Part shown: in pieces, positions 13,034-27,447 of the stretch | Numbering within the stretch: position 1 is the stretch's first letter | Layout of the letters: the number at the start of each line of letters is the position of its first letter | NCBI RefSeq assembly: GCF_001194135.2 | Contig: NC_068998.1 | Location: forward strand, 34,871,632-34,935,631 | Reading direction: 5' to 3' | Length of the DNA: 64,000 bases | DNA from: Octopus bimaculoides | Taxonomy: Eukaryota | Made by a program: the position numbers and the translations under genes | Notes under the pieces: generated by a model | Databases searched by the model: none | Told to the model about the DNA's origin: nothing | Seen by the model: only the letters and a program-made list of their open reading frames with translations

Positions 13034-14744
13034 GTTTACTCAACTGAAAATGAATACCTGCTAAGCACTGGTGCATCCCTTTCTCTCTTCAAGTGTTGCA
13101 TCCTTGATGTTCAGCTACTGAATCAAGAGTGAGAAAGCTGAAAGGATGTCCATGTCTATTTGGGACTATATAAACCCTTTAAATAATTATTAAAATAGGA
13201 TACATTCTACCAAGACATATTCACTTGTAAGTGATTGTTATGCTTTTTATTTTAAGTTCAAGATGCCATGTAGCATCTGTTCCTGCCTTTTTGAGTTTTA
13301 CTACAATGCTTACAATGACACTGGTCTGGTACTCTGCTATAACAGGCCTTGACATTTCCTTGACCAACATCCATATTATGAAGAAGCAAAATTTGTATAC
13401 ATGAGCGACTGATAGTATTTTTCTTTCAAAAATTATATATTGGTCAGACCTGCAGCTTGGAGAGAAATTTGTTGGGTGCAGATCCACGTGTTTCCCTAGA
13501 TTTGGACAAGATAGTTTTTGAGGACAAAGTTGTAGTGGTGGTGATGGATTCAGTGGTGATGGTAGTGGCAGTGGTGCTAATATTGTGGTAGTGTTATTGG
13601 TGGTGATGTTAATGGTGATGGTGTTGCTGCTGCTACTGCTGCTGTTGGTACTAGCTATATCAATTTCAAATTTTAGCACAAAGCCAGCAACTTCTAGGGT
13701 GGGCATAAGTCGATTATATTGACCCTAGTGTTCTACCAGTAGTTATTTTATTGACTCCAAAAAAGATGAACGGCAAAGTCAATCTTGATGGAATTTGAAC
13801 TCAGAACATAAGAACAGAGAAAGTACTGCTAAGTATTTTGCCCAGCACACTAATGATTCTGCCAGCTCACCGCCTTCTTGGTATTAATAATATCAACAGC
13901 AATGACAGATAAGTGGAAGCAATTGAAGAACAATTTCAGAACAGACCTAACTGAGCTGTACCAAGGAGATTTGCTTTGTTTCAAATTTTCAAATAGGAAT
14001 TTAATTGAATATCAGCCACAGTATCGACTGAAATTCACTCTCATAGTCTTCAGTGGAGCAGATGAATTGAATATAACCACTTAGATAAGGATGTCTCTGA
14101 TGGTGGGGAGAGAGGAAGGGGTACACAATCTTACAACAGTTGAATTTATTATATATGACAGCTGTTCGATTTTCCCATCATACCATTTCTTTTCTGTGGT
14201 TATAGTCATCATCATTGCAATCATCATCATCATCATCGTCATCAGCAGCAACAGCAGGATTTGATGCTTTTACTTTGTCTTTTTTCTTTACATCACCTCA
14301 TTGTCAATGTCATCATTATCAGCAGCAGCAGTTTCAATAAAGTTATCATCATCATCATCATCATCATCCTCATCGACATTATTATCATTGTCATAACTAT
14401 TATTAGTAGTTGTCTTTCATTATTAATGTTGTTACATTGACATTAGGTTTTCCAAGAGAAGTCGGTATGTAGCAGAAGATACACAACTGTCAAAGTAGAG
14501 CAAGGTAAACATTGTATGGAACTCCATAGATGATATCTGGCAGATTTGAGATGCACAGATCAGTGTTGTATTATTTTAGACCTAATCTATTCCAGTAATA
14601 TATCCTCCTCCTCTTCACATCATCATTATAATAAGGGTTGGGGTGATATGATGGTTGTTGTTGTTATTGAGGTGATGGTTGTTGTAGTTGCAGTAGACAT
14701 AGAGGTGATGGCTGTCAGAAATACTGCTGCTGCTGCATCTTGGT

Positions 14745-14803
<59 letters not shown>

Positions 14804-14873
14804 CATTACACTGTCCTTCATTAGACTACCTAATAAGAGAGGAATCTATGAGATTGCTTTATCATAAACAAAG

Positions 14874-15223
14874 CAATAGTTCTCAATCTTTTTAACTTTA
14901 TGACACACTTGGTATTAAATAAATAAATTAAAATTCACTGATACACAGGAGATCAATTAAATGATTACTGCTGCACTATGCAGGGAAAGTTAAAACAAAA
15001 ACTTGCTAAAATTAGGAAAAAAATATTAAAAAACTATTGCTTGCTTGTTTTACCAATCCTACAGATATATAAGTATGAATAACACGTTCTTCAAGATGGT
15101 AAAGAATTACTATAGATTCTCTAAAGATTTATATTATAGATCTTAGACTTAATGATGTTCCATGTACCCCTTGTAATAATAATAAACACACCAGCATAAT
15201 GGAGCATTATTCAAGAACTACTG
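14874..15223. mobile_element. hAT-type MITE, decayed
   Basis: Imperfect TIRs CAATAGTTCTCAA / TCAAGAACTACTG; TSD not confirmed. Confidence 0.5.
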
Positions 15224-15251
15224 GCATAATATAATTTAACTCTCTAATCTC

Positions 15252-15521
15252 TTGTTTTACTTATGCCCTATTTACAACTCCAGCTGGCCACCAACTACTA
15301 CTTTATTAAGCCAAATTAGAAACCCCTCTCTCTATAGTAGTCATAGGCAGAGTGTGACCCACAGAACTTTCTGACTGACATGCTTAATTTCGTTTTGCTT
15401 ATGTCCTATTTGCTACTCCAACAAGCCACCAAATTAATTTATTAAGCCAAATAAGGAACCTCTCTCTATAGCAGTCATGGGTAAACTGAGGTCCTAGAAA
15501 CATTCTGACTATCGTGCTAAT
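15252..15521. repeat. Two diverged ~135-bp tandem copies
   Basis: Both 15252-15389 and 15390-15521 contain CTTATG(C/T)CCTATTT..TTTATTAAGCCAAAT..CTCTCTCTATAG(T/C)AGTCAT..TTCTGACT. Confidence 0.8.
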
Positions 15522-15827
15522 GAAAATTTACTTTGAATTCTTTTAATGGTCGAGCTTGCTTAATGAGCTATTTCCAATGTGGCCTGATTCTTGTAAAAGA
15601 TTGCCTCTGCTTGCTTTGTAGGGTTGATAAATGGTGCTTGAAGTAGCAAGCAATTCAGTTAACTTCAAATTACAACCTACGATTTTGAAAAAGGAAGACA
15701 CATTGTATTATGTGGTGCCAAACATGAAGTGTCTGAGGAAAGAATGGGACAGTCGAGGTTTGAACACCTTTGGCAGTCACTGTACTCAGTAAAGGAAGAA
15801 CTAGGGTTAATGACACCTGTGCTGCTG

Positions 15828-15862
<35 letters not shown>

Positions 15863-16508
15863 GCTGCTGCTGCTGTTGCTGCTAACATGACTACTCTGTA
15901 ATACAACAGTTTATCCCATCCTTGTCATGGTTTCCTATCAGTGTAACTGTGTCTTGTCCTTTCTTTAATATCTCTAACAGTTTTCTCTTATGAGAAAAGT
16001 CTTTTAATGAAGGAGCCTCTACAAAGAAATAATAACCAAATCTCGCTCAAACCACACAAAAGGACATGTGAACCAATGAAGTTAGTCTATATAGTTACTT
16101 TACAGCTTGAGATAAACCCTCAAATGACATACTAACACCCTTCAAAAAAAGTGAGGACAGATTAGATAATGTAATCATAAATACACTTAAATAAGGCTGG
16201 GTGGTCAAGGCTAGACTATCTTTGATCATAGGCCTGCACATGGCTGATGTAGGGTTAAAGAAAAAGAGAACAGAATTATGCACTGGATAATGTAGTTCAG
16301 ATTCTATGATTATTCTTCATCTTTTACTTGTTTCAGTCATTAGACTGCAGCCATGCTGGGGCACTGCCCTGAAGAATTTTAATCAAACAAATCGACTCCA
16401 TTACTTTCTAAGCCTACTACTTATTCTATCAGTCTGTTTTGCTGAAACACCAGTTGTCAAGTGGTGGGGGGAGACTAGCACACACATACACACGTGTGTG
16501 TGTGTGTA

Positions 16509-16582
<74 letters not shown>

Positions 16583-16606
16583 ATACAAATAAGATGATAT
16601 TTTTTT

Positions 16607-16762
16607 GAATGCAGAATTGCCATTAGGCCAGCAGAAATACTGGCTAAATTATCCTTAGAAGGTGGGAAAATTTGTCAACAAAATTGTTGTTGACAAATTT
16701 TTTCCACCTTGTAAGGGTAATTTACTTAGTATTTCTGCTGTTCTAGTGGCAACTCTGCATTC
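16607..16762. mobile_element. ~155-bp foldback (hairpin) MITE
   Basis: GAATGCAGAATTGCCATTAG..AATTTGTCAACAA pairs with TTGTTGACAAATT..CTAGTGGCAACTCTGCATTC; about 80% complementary by eye. Confidence 0.85.
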
Positions 16763-16835
16763 GATAAAATATCATCTTATTTGTATCGTACAATACATAT
16801 TTTGTTTACATTTATATGCACATGGTTGATGGTTG

Positions 16836-16892
<57 letters not shown>

Positions 16893-19800
16893 TGTGTGTG
16901 TGTGTATACGACTGGCTTCTTTCAGTCTCCACCTATCAAGTCCACTCACAAGGCTTTGGGTAGTCTGAAGCTATAGTAGAAGACACTTGTTTAAAGTGCC
17001 ACTGTGTGGAATTGAACCTGGAATCATGTGGCTGTATAATAGATAATTTGGTACTAAACAAGAACATCATCATTATCAACAACAACAGCATTTTTAATAT
17101 TTATTTCCTTCAAGTTTATTTCTTATATGATATGCCTTTTGTTCATCTTTCTCCTCTTCTCTTCTCAGTTAAAATAGTTCTTTAGCTAAATTCATCTTTT
17201 GCAACAACTCACGCAAATATTCTCATTTACACAAACCATGGAAACGTAAGAAATTAACATAATCATATTAAACAAAAATAAACATAATGAATATTGCTGT
17301 AACTTAGTTATAATGATAATTGATTAAAATATAGTTTAACCAATTTTGTATGTGTGTATGTGTGTGCGTGTATATGTGTGTGTTTGTATGATAGACTTTT
17401 CTCATCTATTTCGATTACATTTATCTTAACATAAAGCATTTCTAATTAATCTTCCTTAGTGTTGAAAAGTTTTTACTGATTCTTGTTATTAAACTCCAGC
17501 TCAGTGCACTCTGATTGAGCAGGCCTATGATCAAAAGCATTCTAGTGTTAGCTAGTTATCATTTTTTTTTTTTTTTCAAAGATGCTATATTTTCTTAATG
17601 CTTTTTAAAAATTAAACAGGTGTCTTTAAAGGGAAATTTGGCTGCTATTTCCAGCAAGAAAAGCAAATGCATACCGTGGTTTGTTTCTGCTCTTCTTATA
17701 TCTCTGCTTCATCAAACATTTTACATAGAAATAGCTGAAGCAAACATTGCACTGACTTAGTTATAACATGGTATTTACAACTACCTCTATAATCTTTATT
17801 TGGAGTAATTCATATGCTTAAATACTAGGTATGTGAACCTTATTCAAATAACAATAGGCATTTTGTTGAGGGGATTTCACTGCAGCATTAAATTGTTCAT
17901 GTCTTTTATTACCATATTTCCATCGAAATGCTTTACCTTTGTTTCAGTTAAATTGAAAATAATGATGAATTAAGTAAAATAATTTTGTCATTATTGAGCT
18001 GGCATCTGAAACATAACATGACATTTTGATGAAAGGCTTTAATTAAGATTACTATAAAACAGAGGCTTTATGTTACAGAACCAGTGGTGGTCTCAAGTCA
18101 GTTCATACAAAAAGGGACTTCTGAGACACTCATTACTTGCTCCAGAATTTACCCCTACCCAATGCTCTATAATGCACTTATCTCATTCCCATTCTCATTT
18201 TCTCTTCTGGTTCCCATTCATCCAATATTAAACATGTTACCTCATTGTTTCCCAGAATTAATCCACCTCTCTGGAATTTCAACTTTGGCCACATTCTCCC
18301 TGCAGATGCCCAAGCTAAATATCAATTGCATTGTATTTCACTAGTTTGGGAGATTCTAGAAATAATATCAGAGACGTTTCACTTTCACTTATTAATATAA
18401 GAATAAATAAATATTTATTGTAAAGAGTTAAAGCATGTGTGATCTTTTATATGTTATGAGAAGCACTTTTCACATAGGGGGACCTTGTCTCTATGGCTAC
18501 TACTTGGATTTTTATGCTGAAAGGAAGATAGCATTCTTGTCTTTTGTCGAGTGATAGCTTTTCTTTTTTACAAATTTTATGAGATTTTCATTCTTTTTGT
18601 ATTTTATAACAATGGTTCATTTCCTTTACTGCTGAAATACTGGAGGACATTTTCTCCAAAGGATTTACGGAAGTGTGGATACTATATGTAGCAGCTGAAT
18701 GACTATCTAGAAACAAGCTAATAAGGAAGTCTCTAAATAGTTGCTCAGCTTGCTAGAAATGGTAGCCACATCAGTATCAAAGCACTTGCATACTTGGTCG
18801 TAACCAAGAATGTTTTATTGGGATATAACAGTGTCTCTTGTGGTTGTAGAGGTCCTCCAGGGCTTAATGAGGAAGCACAGGCATGGTACAGTGATGCTGA
18901 GATGTCTCCATGGTGCAGGTTTTGCTCAAGTCAGCACCATGGAAGCACTCCATCAGTTTTCCATACAAGTAAGCCTCCCCTTTTCATACCACTAATGTTG
19001 TTCAAGGGAAGAGTAAGGCCAATACACCGTAAAACCAACATCATTACAAAAGTTGCCAGAACAAAGTGGGAGACATTACTGGTTTGCCTGAAGGACTCTA
19101 GCACTGGAGTTTGTTCTCAAAATTTAATCATGAAGCCTCTTTTGTAAGTGAATATGGCTATAAGACAGTTTGAAGTTTTTACTTCTATATGGCCTTCTCC
19201 CCCATTTACCAAGTTGCATTCAGTCAAAGTACTGACTTTATGGCATCAGGATCCACCTTCACCCATTCTCCTTGTCAGAATTAGTGACTTAGCTGCATGA
19301 GTAGGCCAGACGCTGGGCATGGCTATCAGATACTGACATGATGCATATGATAAGGAATACTTAGTGGGAGCTTGTCTCCACTACCATTTCTAAGTTTGGA
19401 ATTTTACTGTCTTAAAAGAAAAGTAAGAAACTCATTGGATAATATAGTTGGATAATGTAGATCTAATGTGATTTTGTTAAGATGGTCATGGCTGGAAAGT
19501 CTTTGATCATTGGTCTGCTATGTATAACAATAACAATAACTGAATAGCAATAACTACGGAGAAGCTCTATCATTCATACATGATGTTCATTAAGGTGCAA
19601 CATTAGATATTTCCAATGACAACAGAGAAACAGTGATGTTTTCGTGGTTCAATTCATAGCCGAGGAAGGTTATAAAAGGAATTTCGTCACTGGTTTTAAT
19701 GTTTGGAATATTATTTTAATTATATAATTAATCTACTGTTTGTGCTGTAGATCTAACAATATTACAGCTTTCCTTCTAACTATTGTCAACACTGCAAGAT

Positions 19801-22800
19801 CTTTGATACAATGGTTAAGTAATATTGAGTGAATCCTTCTAAAGTATTGAAGAAGAATGGGTGTGTTGATAACTCTGCTACTGGAAGGAAGTTAATGTAA
19901 AGATATTAAATTTTACTCAAAAGAATGGTATCACTTCAATAATACCTTTTAGGTATTATTGTACAAGGCCAGCTAAGAAGCTGATTAAGAAAATTTATAA
20001 GAATGGATGAAAATACCATAAATAATATGAAAGCAAAGCTAATGAAATAAAACATTTTGGTGTTACTTTATGGCTGAAGCTGTAGTGAAATTATGCTTTC
20101 ATAGAGAATACTTTAGAAGGGAGAATGAAACACAGACCACTGAAATAATAATGACTTCGATATACAATCTCTGATAATAAATAGCTAATTTCAGATAAAT
20201 GTAAAACTGTTCATCTTTAGATGAGAGAACTGTGTAATTAAATACTGAGACATATTTATGAATAAATGTTTGGTCTAGATAGAAAGAACAATATTTGTTC
20301 GATCTAATATGACAATAAACATAAATAAAGAGTGGCCATAGCATTTAATAATGAGGAATCATTAGGTTCATGCTGTGTGTTTATGGAAATAGTTATGAGG
20401 ATTGTTTAAAGACATCTGAAACATCTGTTGTGATAATTGATAGAGTATTTATTACAGAGGGAAAATATGTGATGTTCTGGGCATTGTATGGTGGGTGTGA
20501 GCAATGTTGGAAGATGGTTTAGTGTATGAAGAAGAAATACTGAAGACAAAATAATTATAATAAACTGCAGACAACCATAGCTAAGTAGAGGAATCAACAG
20601 TAATTTTTAGTTAATTGAAATTATTAACTTATTTTCACCTCTGCATATCTCTAATTTTTGGTCTCTTAATCCTTTTCAGTGTAATACCATTAATGCTAAT
20701 GACTTTTCTTTTTAGAGTAATGATTTCAAGTAAGTAACATCTTTTTTTTCAACACAGCACATTAAGTTTGGCAGTCTGCATTTAATTATATGTTCTTATA
20801 TAAAAAGTATCCTTAAGAAATTTTCTTATGTTATTATTAGTACTGTTCTGTGTCTTAGAGATGAAAGAATATTAGAGTTATTGATCAATGTCTGAGGCAC
20901 TGACAATGATGGGAGATAGTTAAAGATAACTATCTTCAGGTGATAGTCTTTCAATGTACAGGAGACAATCTATTCCGGTGTGATGAAAGACATAATAATG
21001 AGTACAACAGGTTTCAGGTAATGCATACAAATTAGAAATGTGGTGACATGATCTACGTAGGAGGTGATAGTAAATTCAAACCTGAAGTTGACATAAAGTT
21101 AGAAAGAACTGAAATGAAGAAAAAAGGTTTCAGTGATGAAGTGATGAGAAAAAAAGAAGCACATGCTCCCTCTCTGTTTTAAGGTCAACTTACCTTTGCA
21201 ACATCATTGCCTTTCATGCATGTTTTGTCTATGTTAAATATGGGTTGGATAAGTCTGCATTGCAGTACTTTTTTATGTGCTTCAGTATTGAATCATCTTA
21301 TCAGCTGGACACAACTTTCTTGAATCCTTTCTTATATTATAACTAATTAGTTTACACCATAGGAGAAAACAGAGTTCTGAGAAAGCTTTGAATTTTCTGC
21401 TAGGTTATTTTTCATAGTATGCTTATAACCATTTTACTACACTAACATTGTTCATGCATAAAGATTACATAATCTAGTATTTACTCTTTCATAAATCCAA
21501 AGCTTTGAGCCTATGTAAAAAATATGTTTATTTTAGTTGTCATAGTCACTTTAGTTTTGTGAAAGCAAGTATTACTTTTCAGAAGTCCTCTTCGTTATTA
21601 TACACTTATCACAGACATACCTATTGATATCTTCCAGAGTTCAGCTAGCATTAATCATCCACAGCTAGAATGCCATTTACTATGGACATGTGATAAAGAT
21701 AAGGAATTGTTTTTAAGCTGTCAAATGGTGATAGCCAGAATATAAGGAAACAACTTACCCACGTAATTAATGTTGTTGCATCACTGAAGACTGGATATTT
21801 CAGATTACTTTCACAAACATTCATTAAAGTATCATATCTTATATACTTGTGTGTATGTGTGTCCATGTGTGTTTTACTTTCTTTTTGATTTCAGTATATA
21901 AGAGAATGTCCAAAGAGTGTATTTCTGTATAAGAGAGTGCATAAAAGAGTTTCACCAGGGAACACTACACACTAGATACTTTAACAAGTATCCTTGTTCC
22001 CAGGAAATGCCCTTTTGATACCAACCCACCTAAAATTACCAATGGCTTTACGATACAAATTCCTATGAGCACTACAAACTAGCTTGTTTACATTCATACA
22101 CTGTAGTCAAAAATTACTGTGAGCTTGTAGCTAAATTTACCTCAGCACATAATTATTTCTATAATACAATGGAAACCTTATTATATGGAAGCTACAGCTA
22201 ACAATTGAACTAACTCACATACAACTAATATTACAAATACAAAAACACAAATGATGTTATAGACTTTTGTTTATCAAAATGATATTTCAATTATTCATCT
22301 CTCTTAATATTTTCTCTGGATATTTCATATGAATTGGTAGTGACCTAGTTTAATTCTTGCTTGCATTAAGAAAAACATATTTCAACATCTCAGAAAACAC
22401 TTGGTTTTATAAAACATTTTGTAATTTTTTCTTCACAACAACAATTCACATACAAACACTACTTAAAATTTGTAAACCAAAATGTTACAATGCCTTGAGG
22501 AATGGAAAATTCAATATTTCTAACCCATACTGAGAATAAAGAAGAGGCAGAAATGGTATTTCTGTTCCATTTCTAAGTAAGCATGTGATGAAGGAATTTT
22601 TACTATTACAGACACTCTTCAAGTTTCTTGGATTCCAGATTTTGCTCATGCTATTTTATATGAATGTGAGTGAGTATGAGTCTGTGTATGAGAGTGAGAG
22701 ACCATATGTATGCATGTGTGTATGCATGCACATGTGTTTATGTTAGTGTATAAGAGTGGTGGGGGAGAAAGAAAATTAAAAACTGTTGAATATCTTTTAT

Positions 22801-23248
22801 TATATTTCATTTTTGCTTGAATATGAAAAATGTATTACAAGAGATGTCAATTGTCACAAGTAAAGAAAAACACCAAATGTGGAACTACACTGAGTATTCA
22901 TTTCAAACCTGTTAAAATATCTGCAATTAATATTTAGAGACTTGCAGAGAATATTTAACTTTGGCATTAAAAGCCAGAAAGAAAATAGCTCCATGTCCTC
23001 ATCTTTTCCCCTCCACCACCACCACCACCACTATCCTATTTAATTTTAATCAGGAAATATGACAGGAAATACAAATTTTCTTTTCTCATCATTTTTACAT
23101 TAATTAGCTCACACCACACAATACAGCAGACTTTAGTATCCAGCTAAGACTTTTTTCATTATAAGCTTGAAACCATTTTACTACACTAACATCGTTAAAT
23201 GCCTTTAGTACAGGTATGATTACAACTGGTCCTCTTTCTTCAGCTCCC

Positions 23249-23326
<78 letters not shown>

Positions 23327-24289
23327 CGTGCGTGCGTGTGCATGCATGCTTGCTTCTGTAGATTCTATTATATTTCTACTGGTTTCTGATATTGATCTGT
23401 GGCCATGATGCACCAATGAGCTGACTTCAAGGGTTTTACTCAGTTATACCAACCCCTCAGTACATAAACTGGAAATCATTTTATCTGTCTTTAATTATGG
23501 AATGGCTAATTTTGCATCAGTTGCTTTCATTTAGGAAGTTGTTTCTCTTTCAGGATATAAATACCACAAGGTATATTGGTATATATAGACACTTACACAC
23601 GCATAAATATGTGTGTGTGTGAATTTTTTATCTTTTACTTGTTTCAGTCATTAGACTGCAGCCATGCTGGGGCACCACCTTGGGGGATTTTTAATCAAAC
23701 TATTTAACCACAGCATTCATTTCTTTTTTTATGCCTGATACTTATTCTATGAGTCTCTTTTGCTGAACCGCCAAGTTACCAGGATGTAAACACACCCACA
23801 CTAATCATCAAATGGTGGTGAGAGTAAAAAAAAACAAAAACACACACACATATATGTTGAAGAAAGTTGTGCCTATCCCCAATTTATGAAATCTGTATAT
23901 CCAACGTACAGAAGGATATAAAAGTGGTGACGTGAACATTCACTTATAAAAGTGGCGGCGAGGATATCCACTATCAAAAGTGGTGACGAGTTTATTTGAA
24001 GCCTATGTTGGATGTTAACATTTTCTTTTGATACAAAATTTTAAAAAAAGTCAACATTGGAAGACTTATTATCCTCTGTGGTGCAGTGCACCAGCAACAG
24101 CTGAAAGAGTCAAACAACAGTACCCAAGAGTCTAACAACAGTACTCAAGAGTCAAACAACAGTACCCAAGGGTCAAACAGCAGTTGCTGGAATTAGTGTT
24201 GAAGTCCAAAAAATACTTCAAGTTAGTCCTCACCAGACAGCATAGCAAACGCAAATTGTAGAATTTAGTTATAACCCAGAAGAAGGTAT

Positions 24290-24947
24290 TACTTTCTTTG
24301 CATATTTCCAAAGATATGAAAAAATCTTCAAAGAGGAATACAAAAATTAGATGGACAATGAAAAGGTACAACTACTTTTAAGAAAATTATCCCCTGCCAA
24401 ACATGAAAAATACTGTAACTACATTCTCCAAAAAAAGCCATGTGAAATTGTTTCGATGAAACAAATTGTTATCAAAAATTTCCAGTGAGAGTTCCCTGTT
24501 CAATACTTGCTGGCAGTGTTTGAATCTAGTGAAAAACGAGAATGTGAAAAATTCAAACTAAAAGAATTAACCCTGGACTTGTTCAAATGTCTAACTTTTG
24601 TTCGTGGGTTAACTGCAAGCAAAGATGTAGAGATACATGCCCAAATATTAACAAAATTGAAACAGAACCAGAAGTTAACTCTGCAAGCAGTGACAGAGGA
24701 CAATCAAATAATTATTAATCTTCAATATGATGCAACTAAAATCAAAGAAAACGAATACTCTCACATGCATGAATGTCGACCTGTAATGGATAAGGAAAAA
24801 GAAAAACAAGGATCAAGACCCAATCCATGCTATGGGGGTGGAGGTCTACATTTTAGAAATAACTGTCCATTTAAAAATCTTAAATGTTTTAACTGTCAGA
24901 AAATCAGACATAAAAGTTCACATTGTAGAGTAAAAAAAAAAAGTTGA
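24290..24947 (+). pseudogene. Gypsy gag remnant
   Basis: ORF 24507-24947 with CLTFVRGL..LTKLKQNQKLTLQ and tandem zinc knuckles; frameshifted upstream part. Confidence 0.8.
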
Positions 24948-25519
24948 ATATAAAGATTCTGGAAAGGTTTTCTCAACAGAAAGTCTAAGTGAGGTTCACA
25001 AAAGAAAGTTTGTGTACATAAAAATTAATAATGTGAATGTGAAGCTACAGCTAGACACAGGCAGTTATATTACAATTATTAACACTGACACATGGAAAAA
25101 AAATAGGAATGCCTACATTTTCTGTAAGTTCTATCCGACAAATTAGGTCTGTGCACCAAGACAAAGGCATGTTTTCAAATAAAAGAAAACACCATAACAA
25201 TGTTTAGATGAAAATGAATGGTACCCTTCACAGCAATGAAGTAAATTAATGAAGTACTAGAGAGACTAGAAAAAATTGGAGTTATCCAAAAAGTGGAATA
25301 TTCTAAATGGGCAGCACAAACTGTGTATATTAAGAAGAAAGATTTTTCCACTAGTTTAAATGAATGTCTTAAAATGTGCCACTATCCACTACCTACTCTG
25401 GATTAATTTGTTAATGAGACAAAAAGAAAACTGTGGTCAATAAAAGGAAATAAAGAAAGGCCTGATGCAAAAAACCCACCAAAATATGAGTATGTACTCT
25501 ATATGTGATGGTGTACAAA

Positions 25520-25864
25520 TGTACGCTTGGAGGATGGTCATACCACAGATATTACAGAAGACAATGCTAAGAGAGTATGTGAGACACCCAGACATCTCTA
25601 GAATGAAAGCGTTGATGCAAAGTTTTATATGCTGGCCAAGCATGGACAAGGAAGTTGAAAATCTGGTAAAAGGCTGCAGAGGATGTGCACTGGCAATGAA
25701 ACTACCTACTACAAAATGTGATCCTTGACCAGAAGTGAGAATACCATGGTCCCAATTGCATATCAATTTTGAAGGCCCAGTAAATGAATATTATTACTTA
25801 ATAGTAGTGGACAGCTACACAAAATGGCCTGAGGTCACAAGGTGTAAATGACCAACCTCATATA
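25520..25864 (+). pseudogene. Gypsy integrase, N-terminal half
   Basis: MVIPQILQKTML..HPDISRMKALMQSFICWPSMDKEVENLVKGCRGC..PWSQLHINFEGP..LIVVDSYTKWPEV. Confidence 0.85.
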
Positions 25865-27447
25865 CAGTCATGGCTAATGATTTTGGCAAAAACGTTATTT
25901 TGCACCAAAAATATATAAATATGCCTATCTAAGGCAAAAAGTTGATTTGTTTGAGAATGTATGAGCGTATTAACGAAGCATAATAACACACTTGAACCAT
26001 ATGAACAATAACAAGGCATGATACACAGTTATTCATCTTCCTCTCAGTATTTGCAGTGGTGACCCCTATTTTTTGAGACATCCATTACTTGATTAGACAT
26101 GCTGGAAACTAATTATTGAGTCAGTTCTATGTTTACAGATCTCCATTCTTGCTGTATGAGAGCTTTCAACTGTTCAATATTTGTTGGTTTTTGTCTGTCA
26201 ACTCAGATTTTAAGGATGGAACACAAATTTTGAATAGGGTTTAAATCTGGTGAATTTCCCAGCCAAGTCCAAAATTTCAATACTTTTATCTCCAAGATAC
26301 TTTTTAATCCTTATAGCAGTGTGGCAAGCTGGTCCACCTTGGTAGAAAATGCAAGTTTCTTCGTCAAACTGCCTCTCAATTTGTTGGAAGGAGATGGTTT
26401 TCAAGGATATTTTGGTACCATATGGAATTCATAGAAGTGTTTATCGGCAAAATTGACAGTGATTCAATGCCCTTCAAGGAAAAGCAACTCTACACATGAA
26501 TGGTTTCTGGATGCTTGATCATGAACATAATACAGACCTCATCATAGAGTTCACCTTGTTGCCTTCTGATGAGCCTTTTTCGAAATATCCCAAACAAATG
26601 AAATGGTGCTTCATCAGAAAAAAATCACTTTGTCCCATTGTTCACTAGACCAATTTTTATATTTTCTGCTAAAGGCAAACCTGTCCTTCACATTTCTCAT
26701 GGACAGAAATGGTTTCTTTGCAGCACTCCATGAAGCAAGACCATTATCAAGAAGTCGTCGTCCAACAGTCCAAGCCGAAGCACTGACACCAGCTGATTCT
26801 CACTCTTTAGCAAGCTGTTTGCTGCCGGCACTTCGATTCCTCATTGAATTTCTCACCAAAGCCCTGTCTTGGCTGTCAGAGGACAGACGTTGATGAGCAG
26901 GGGCCTTCTTCCCCATCATGGATCCTGTCTCTTTGAAAGTTTTTTATAATCCTGTAAACAGTTCTTTAATGGTGCAATGCCTTTAGCAACAATATCTTGT
27001 GTTGTTAAGCCATTTTGGTGGAAAGAAATTATTGATTGATGTTTTTCTTGTGTCAATACCATCCTTGCAAAAAAAGAATATAAAATTTGAAGTTTTTGAG
27101 AGGAAAAAGAGCATTTGTTAATTAAAACTCAATCATAAAAGGCTCATGACATTATGACCATCATGACATCATACTTTATTTACTATTCTGGTTATAAAGT
27201 ATTAGTTTGCATGTGATTCCAACTTGAAATCATGAAGAGGAATGTAATTTCCACTTGTAGGAAATATAACCAATTCCGCAAGCTGATGATTATTTGCAAT
27301 ATCTATTGGTTTTGCAACAGTTTTTCTTTCAAATCTTATTGGATAACAGATAACTTGTCAAAATAATATTAAATTATTAACATTCACATGATATTTCACA
27401 CAAAATAACAAAAAAACGGTGTTTACCAAAATCATTGGCCATGACTG
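25865..27447 (-). mobile_element. Tc1-type DNA transposon, full length, transposase disrupted
   Basis: TIRs CAGTCATGGCTAATGATTTTGGCAAAAAC / GTTTACCAAAATCATTGGCCATGACTG with TA on both sides. Minus-strand remnants ..AAKKPFLS..WDKVIFSDEAPF..CIFYQGGPACHTA..WPGNSPDLNP-like. Confidence 0.92.

Noticed and set aside
13221-13706. 161-aa minus-strand ORF with an internal GTAAGC donor
   Set aside because: The N-terminal half comes from a SINE and trinucleotide repeats; the rest has no recognisable homology.
18794-19150. Possible very old Gypsy integrase remnant or 117-aa ORF
   Set aside because: Resemblance to integrase motifs is too faint to support by eye.
20962-21017. 56-nt plus-strand exon candidate ending CAG|GTAATG
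   Set aside because: Weak acceptor, two frames open, no recognisable peptide.
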